Below, one piece after another: positions 59,520 to 64,000 of a stretch of DNA of 64,000 nt (within the stretch, counting starts at the first letter, position 1; the number at the start of each line of letters is the position of its first letter). This stretch comes from Phycisphaeraceae bacterium (lineage in GTDB: Bacteria > Planctomycetota > Phycisphaerae > Phycisphaerales > Phycisphaeraceae). Both the position numbers and the translations under genes were made by a program. The stretch is taken from contig OY771506.1 in the NCBI GenBank assembly GCA_963674705.1, positions 1,472,001-1,536,000 of the forward strand. Direction: 5' to 3'. The notes below the pieces were generated by a model, which was not told the DNA's origin, ran no database searches, and saw only the letters and a program-made list of their open reading frames with translations.

Positions 59520-60239
59520 TTAAGACGCTCGACGGCGCAGGCCGATCGCACCGGCGCCCATCGCCAGCAGAGCAAGCGATGTCGGTTCGGGGATGACCAA
59601 ACCGGTGTCCGGCTGGTCTTCCCAGATCATCAAACCAAGCGTGACGCGCACCGGATCGGTCGAGAAGTCGCCGACGCCGTGCGGATCTCCGTCGCCGGTC
59701 TGATCCAGCGAACCGAGCCCGGCCAGTTCCTTGATCTGGATCGCACCGAAGTGTGTTTGACCCGCGATCTTGAACTTCACGCCGACCCAGTCGCCGTTTT
59801 GCGTGTGGAAGATCTGATAGCGATATCCGCCGTAAAGCGGAACGTACGGCGTGACGAACATGAAGTTCAAGCCGCCGCCGGCCATGTCGCTGCTGCTGTC
59901 GACGGTGTCACCTGTCTGGAAGCCGACGACGTAGTAGGCCAGCGAGCCCGTGGTGCTGTCTGACAGCACGGCATTGCCCGGGAAGCCGGTCATGCTGATC
60001 GCGTTCAGGAACACGCCCATACGTGTATCGTTCGCGCCGTCGCCGTTGATGTCGATATCGACGGTGTAGTCGTCGCCGTTGGACGCTAGGCCGGTGTGGG
60101 CGAACGTCGTGTTGAGCAGAGCCGTGCTTTCCTGCACCGCGGCCTGTGCGCCGGTGCCCATGGCAAATGCGCCCATACCCGCAGCAGCCGAGTAGGCCAT
60201 CAGCCTGCCGGTTGAACTCCGATCAAGAACCTGTTTCAT
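59520..60239 (-). CDS. PEP-CTERM protein (LMAYSAAAG leader, THFG motif; no dockerin)
   Basis: Signal peptide, DINGDG, YYVVGF, THFGAIQI, IPEP-TM-RRR; AAGGAG RBS. Confidence 0.85.
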   Translation of the reverse strand: MKQVLDRSSTGRLMAYSAAAGMGAFAMGTGAQAAVQESTALLNTTFAHTGLASNGDDYTVDIDINGDGANDTRMGVFLNAISMTGFPGNAVLSDSTTGSLAYYVVGFQTGDTVDSSSDMAGGGLNFMFVTPYVPLYGGYRYQIFHTQNGDWVGVKFKIAGQTHFGAIQIKELAGLGSLDQTGDGDPHGVGDFSTDPVRVTLGLMIWEDQPDTGLVIPEPTSLALLAMGAGAIGLRRRAS

Positions 60240-60474
60240 TTTTCTCTCCTTCCGTTAGGGACCGGCGGACGCCGACACGACGCCCCTCTCACCGCTCACC
60301 CGTTAACTGATATGACTTTCATGACAATCCGTGGATCACGCGTCCATCGGGTACTGGTAACTGCATCCTTATGTCGTTTAATTGGGTCGGTCGGTCTGCC
60401 GTTGACATACGCCGCCCCGGAAGACGGCGTGCTGCAAGCTGCACACCGTCCGACCCGGGCCGACATTTTTTGAT

Positions 60475-61563
60475 TTAGTTAGACCTGCGCCGACGCAGAC
60501 CCAACGCGCCGTAACCACCTGCCAGCAGGACCAGCGACGCCGGTTCGGGAACCGCGGCACTATTTGTCGGTGGGGTTCCGGCATTCCAGTTGCCTAGCAC
60601 AGCATCCAGGTCATCCAAGCCGACGAAGCCGTCGCCACCGCTCATCCCCGAGGCGCGACCGGAATCATCCGGCTGGATGTAGCCCGCGATATCACCACTT
60701 GCCCAGTCGCCGTGATCGACATTCTGATTCCAGTTGCTCAGCACGATGTCCAGATCGTCCAGCCCGACGAAACCGTCGAAGTTCAGATCACCCATCATCG
60801 GCGTAGAAATCGGTGTGTCCGGTTCGGTCTCGATCGCATAGCTGTGGAACTTCGCGGTGGTGAAAGTAGACGGGCCGGTTTGACGGCCGACCTGTACCCA
60901 ACCGTAGTGCGTGCCATCCGTGCCCTCGAAGCTGAAGGCCACGAACCCACCCTGCACGACATGTGTCGACGCGTCGTTATCGCCCACGCCGAAGCTGCCG
61001 AGCATGGTCAGGAAACCGGTGTAGTAGTCATAGTTGATGACGCCGACGGTTTTCTGCGTGCCGTCGATCGTAACTTCGGGACCGAAGCCAACGACGTAGT
61101 ACGTGTTGTTTGCCCACTCGGTGGTATAGAACGGGTCCGACGGATCGAGGTTCGCCGCGTTGTCCGGGTCCAGATCCACTTGGGATGAGAACACGAAGCT
61201 GGTCACGCCAGCAAAACCGGGCGTGTCACCCCGGCAACCGGGATAGTTGGCGCTGTCGCACCACGGGCTGACCTGCACGCCGAACTTGCCGGCGTTGATG
61301 AAGTGGTCGTAGCCGTTGGGATTGGCGCTGGTCTGCAGATCGAACGACAGACCTGCATCCCAGTTGATGTAATTGAAGTCGTCGCCGGCGGCGCCGTTCG
61401 GCGGGTTCGGGTTCGCGGCAACGCTCCATTCCAGGTCCAGGTTAAGGTCTTGAACGAAAACCAACGCCTGAGCATTCGGTGTGACCGCGTAAGCCCCCAA
61501 GCCTGCGGCGGCAGAATAGGCCATCAATTGCTGAAAACTGCTGCGACTGATCCGATCTGGCAT
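60475..61563 (-). CDS. PEP-CTERM protein (LMAYSAAAG leader, THYGW motif) with dockerin-like module
   Basis: YYVVGF, THYGWVQV, YAIETEPD, dockerin repeats, VPEP-TM-RRRR. Confidence 0.85.
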   Translation of the reverse strand: MPDRISRSSFQQLMAYSAAAGLGAYAVTPNAQALVFVQDLNLDLEWSVAANPNPPNGAAGDDFNYINWDAGLSFDLQTSANPNGYDHFINAGKFGVQVSPWCDSANYPGCRGDTPGFAGVTSFVFSSQVDLDPDNAANLDPSDPFYTTEWANNTYYVVGFGPEVTIDGTQKTVGVINYDYYTGFLTMLGSFGVGDNDASTHVVQGGFVAFSFEGTDGTHYGWVQVGRQTGPSTFTTAKFHSYAIETEPDTPISTPMMGDLNFDGFVGLDDLDIVLSNWNQNVDHGDWASGDIAGYIQPDDSGRASGMSGGDGFVGLDDLDAVLGNWNAGTPPTNSAAVPEPASLVLLAGGYGALGLRRRRSN

Positions 61564-62059
61564 CACCCCTTCTCCTTCATCTATTTGTTGTTTGAACACC
61601 TGTGAGACACAGTTTGGTTAAGTGGATTCCCAGTCAGCGCCACGCCATCTGTCGCAGAACCGACATTACCGATGCTCATATATAACACCGCACACTCTTT
61701 GAGTCAAGAATTTTATTTCGTTGACTGAAATTTATATTTCACCCCCCGAACATTCATTCCCGCTTCTACCGGTCGGCGTAAACCCATTGGGCGAGGGTTT
61801 AAATCGTTGTTTTGCAAATATATGAAACATTATTGCCGGATTCCTGGGTTGGCCCGCGCCGATACGCCATAAAAGCTGCTCACAGCAGCATCCAAAAATC
61901 ACACGGCCACAACAACCCATTTTGACTATCAATACCTTGACAATTGGTCAATAGTTCATATGATGAAGAAAAATATATACCCCATCTCTCTTCATGGCAA
62001 TTAACCAGACTGTGAGCAGATGAGGACGTTTTATGGTGTCAGGAGCACTCAGTAACAGC

Positions 62060-63112
62060 ATGAAATACCCCCATCTCCGCTTGTTCTGTCCCACACACCA
62101 CTTACGTGTGATCAGCCCGAACGCGATCGGGTTCGGCCGCTGGCGGACCATCGTTTTACTCACCGTGTGTCTGTTGACTTGCCTCTCCACCGCCAAGGCG
62201 GATCAGGGAGCTACCCCTGCCCAGGCTAACAACAGTCATATCAAAGGGATGTGGGTCTGGCACAGCCAGTTCATCTTCGACCCAGTGCAGCGCCAAGACA
62301 TGCTCGCGTTCTGTCAGCGCCAGGGCATCAACCTGCTGCTCGTGCAGGTCCACTACGACAAGCAGGCCGACCCGATCGTCATCAAGAACCCGCAGGCCTA
62401 CATCGACCTGGTCCAGGAGGCCCACGAACGTGGTATCCGCATCGAGGCGCTGGACGGCGAAAAGTCCATGGCCCAGTCGCACAACCAGCCCAAAACCTTG
62501 GCCGTGCTGCACGCTATCCTTGATCTGCATGCGCAAATGCCTAAAGGGAAGGGCTTTGCGGGCGTTCACTACGACATCGAGCCTTACATCCTCGACGAAT
62601 GGTCCGACCCCGCCCAACGCACCGTCATCCTCCGGGACCTGCTTACCTACTACGACAAAGCCAAGCAGGTGATCCGCGAGGCGGACCCCGACCTGACACT
62701 CGCCTGCGATATCCCCTTCTGGTTCGACACGCAGAAAACCGAGGACGGCCTGCCGATGGCGGTCGAATATGCCGGCACGACCAAGCCCGCGCAGCAGCAC
62801 ATCCAGGATATCTGTGATTACATCGGCATCATGTCCTACCGCCGCGACGCCGTCGGGCCGAACTCGATCAGCGGTGTGGTCCAGGACGAACTGGCTTACG
62901 CAAAACGTATCGGTAAAGGGATTTGCGCTTCGGTGGAAACCGTGCCCTACCCGGAAGTGCCGACGATCTCGTTCCACGGCCAGCCGGCGTCGCTGTTTAA
63001 CGAACGTTTCGCCCAGGCCTGGCAGACGCTCGAACCTGAGCCCGGTTTCGCGGGCATGCTGATCCATTGTTATCCAAATGTTCGCGAACTGATCGAGCCC
63101 GATGCCGACTAG
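62060..63112 (+). CDS. Secreted hypothetical protein, possible TIM-barrel glycoside hydrolase
   Basis: Signal-like segment, GMWVW, EALDG, GVHYDIEPY, DIPFW, IMSYR, SVET. Start uncertain (62033-62108). Confidence 0.6.
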   Translation: MKYPHLRLFCPTHHLRVISPNAIGFGRWRTIVLLTVCLLTCLSTAKADQGATPAQANNSHIKGMWVWHSQFIFDPVQRQDMLAFCQRQGINLLLVQVHYDKQADPIVIKNPQAYIDLVQEAHERGIRIEALDGEKSMAQSHNQPKTLAVLHAILDLHAQMPKGKGFAGVHYDIEPYILDEWSDPAQRTVILRDLLTYYDKAKQVIREADPDLTLACDIPFWFDTQKTEDGLPMAVEYAGTTKPAQQHIQDICDYIGIMSYRRDAVGPNSISGVVQDELAYAKRIGKGICASVETVPYPEVPTISFHGQPASLFNERFAQAWQTLEPEPGFAGMLIHCYPNVRELIEPDAD

Positions 63113-63175
63113 GAGCGTGTATATGATTGTGCACCCGGTCGGAGTGGGGCCGATTGGCAGGAGTATTGATTCAGT

Positions 63176-64000
63176 ATGACAACGTCAGCCATCACCCCCG
63201 ATTCCCAGCCCGCCGGCCTGCGCGGTGCTGTCGATTGGATCATCGAGTCTGCCCGGGCGCTGGATAAGTCGCGGCTGAAGATCGATGCAGACAACAAGAT
63301 GCCCGGCGGCGTCTACGTGCTCGATCGCAACCACCTGCTGGCCTATCCCAGAGACAACGGCGACAGCCGATTCCCCTACGGCCAGGGCGGTTTCAACTTC
63401 TGGGTCCACGCCTCGGGCTACATGCACAGCAACGAAGGCCTGTTCTCTCACTTCGTCCGCTCCGCGCACGGTCAGGAACCGAACATCGCGTTTTTCGCAG
63501 GCTTACCCCGTGGTGATTCGTTCCAGCCTGTTCCGTTGCTATCGGTTCCGGTGATGGATGAAGATTCGGATACACCTGTCACGCGCTACACCGTGCTTTC
63601 CTATGCGGCCGCTTACTTCATCACCGAAGTGGACGGCCTGCGTTTTGTCGTTCGTGCGTTTGCCAAACCCAACAATGATCTGTGCTTCACGCTTTACGCG
63701 GAGAACCGTTCACCCAGCGACCGGTCGGTCTATCTTTCCTCGTACTTCAATCCGTTCCTGCGCCACCAGCTATTTCAAAGCGATGAAGACCCGTGGTTCA
63801 AAGAGATTCAGGTAGTCAGCCGGTTCAAGAGTTCGCCGCGTACGCTTGAAAGCTTTATGGTCCGGGTGAACGAGGACCTGGACCGTACACGTTCGTTCTC
63901 GAACTGGGGTATCTTGCGTCGTGCGTTAACGCCCAGCAGTCAATGCACACTGACGCGCAAGGAAGCCACGACCGCGCGCGGGCAATACGTCGGAGGCTCG
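63176..64000 (+). CDS. Large protein, N-terminal part only (possibly a GH94-like glycoside phosphorylase); runs off the window
   Basis: AGGAG RBS; open frame MTTSAITP...SRFPYGQGGFNFWVHASGY...SSYFNPFL...QYVGGS; absent from the ORF track. The family assignment is tentative. Confidence 0.5.
   Translation, partial: MTTSAITPDSQPAGLRGAVDWIIESARALDKSRLKIDADNKMPGGVYVLDRNHLLAYPRDNGDSRFPYGQGGFNFWVHASGYMHSNEGLFSHFVRSAHGQEPNIAFFAGLPRGDSFQPVPLLSVPVMDEDSDTPVTRYTVLSYAAAYFITEVDGLRFVVRAFAKPNNDLCFTLYAENRSPSDRSVYLSSYFNPFLRHQLFQSDEDPWFKEIQVVSRFKSSPRTLESFMVRVNEDLDRTRSFSNWGILRRALTPSSQCTLTRKEATTARGQYVGGS

Overview
High-GC bacterial chromosome segment, most likely a planctomycete of class Phycisphaerae. This is inferred from nine PEP-CTERM proteins (seven carrying a stereotyped dockerin-like GDxxxDGxVGLxDLD...W cassette) and five prepilin-type FTLIELLVV.../H-X9-DG (DUF1559-like) proteins. 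Housekeeping content: UDP-glucuronate decarboxylase, an SDR, PhhB, an M42 peptidase, tRNA-Pro(TGG), TlyA, a minimal rrf2-iscS-iscU-iscA operon, an adenylate-kinase-family protein, hexose-6-P mutarotase and ModA. Also present: an eroded island at tRNA-Pro (truncated AT-rich gene plus an IS3-family element); a P1B-ATPase/HflK-HflC-HflK/ABC membrane cluster; and two PUL-like carbohydrate loci built from a regulator, PEP-CTERM proteins, a DUF1559 protein and a solute:Na+ symporter. The most notable unexplained signals are non-coding: a ~550-nt minus-strand, hairpin-dense RNA candidate with its own terminator (36598-37198) and a ~250-nt plus-strand multibranched RNA candidate with its own promoter and terminator (17966-18217). 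All calls come from reading the sequence and ORF track by eye; no searches were run.
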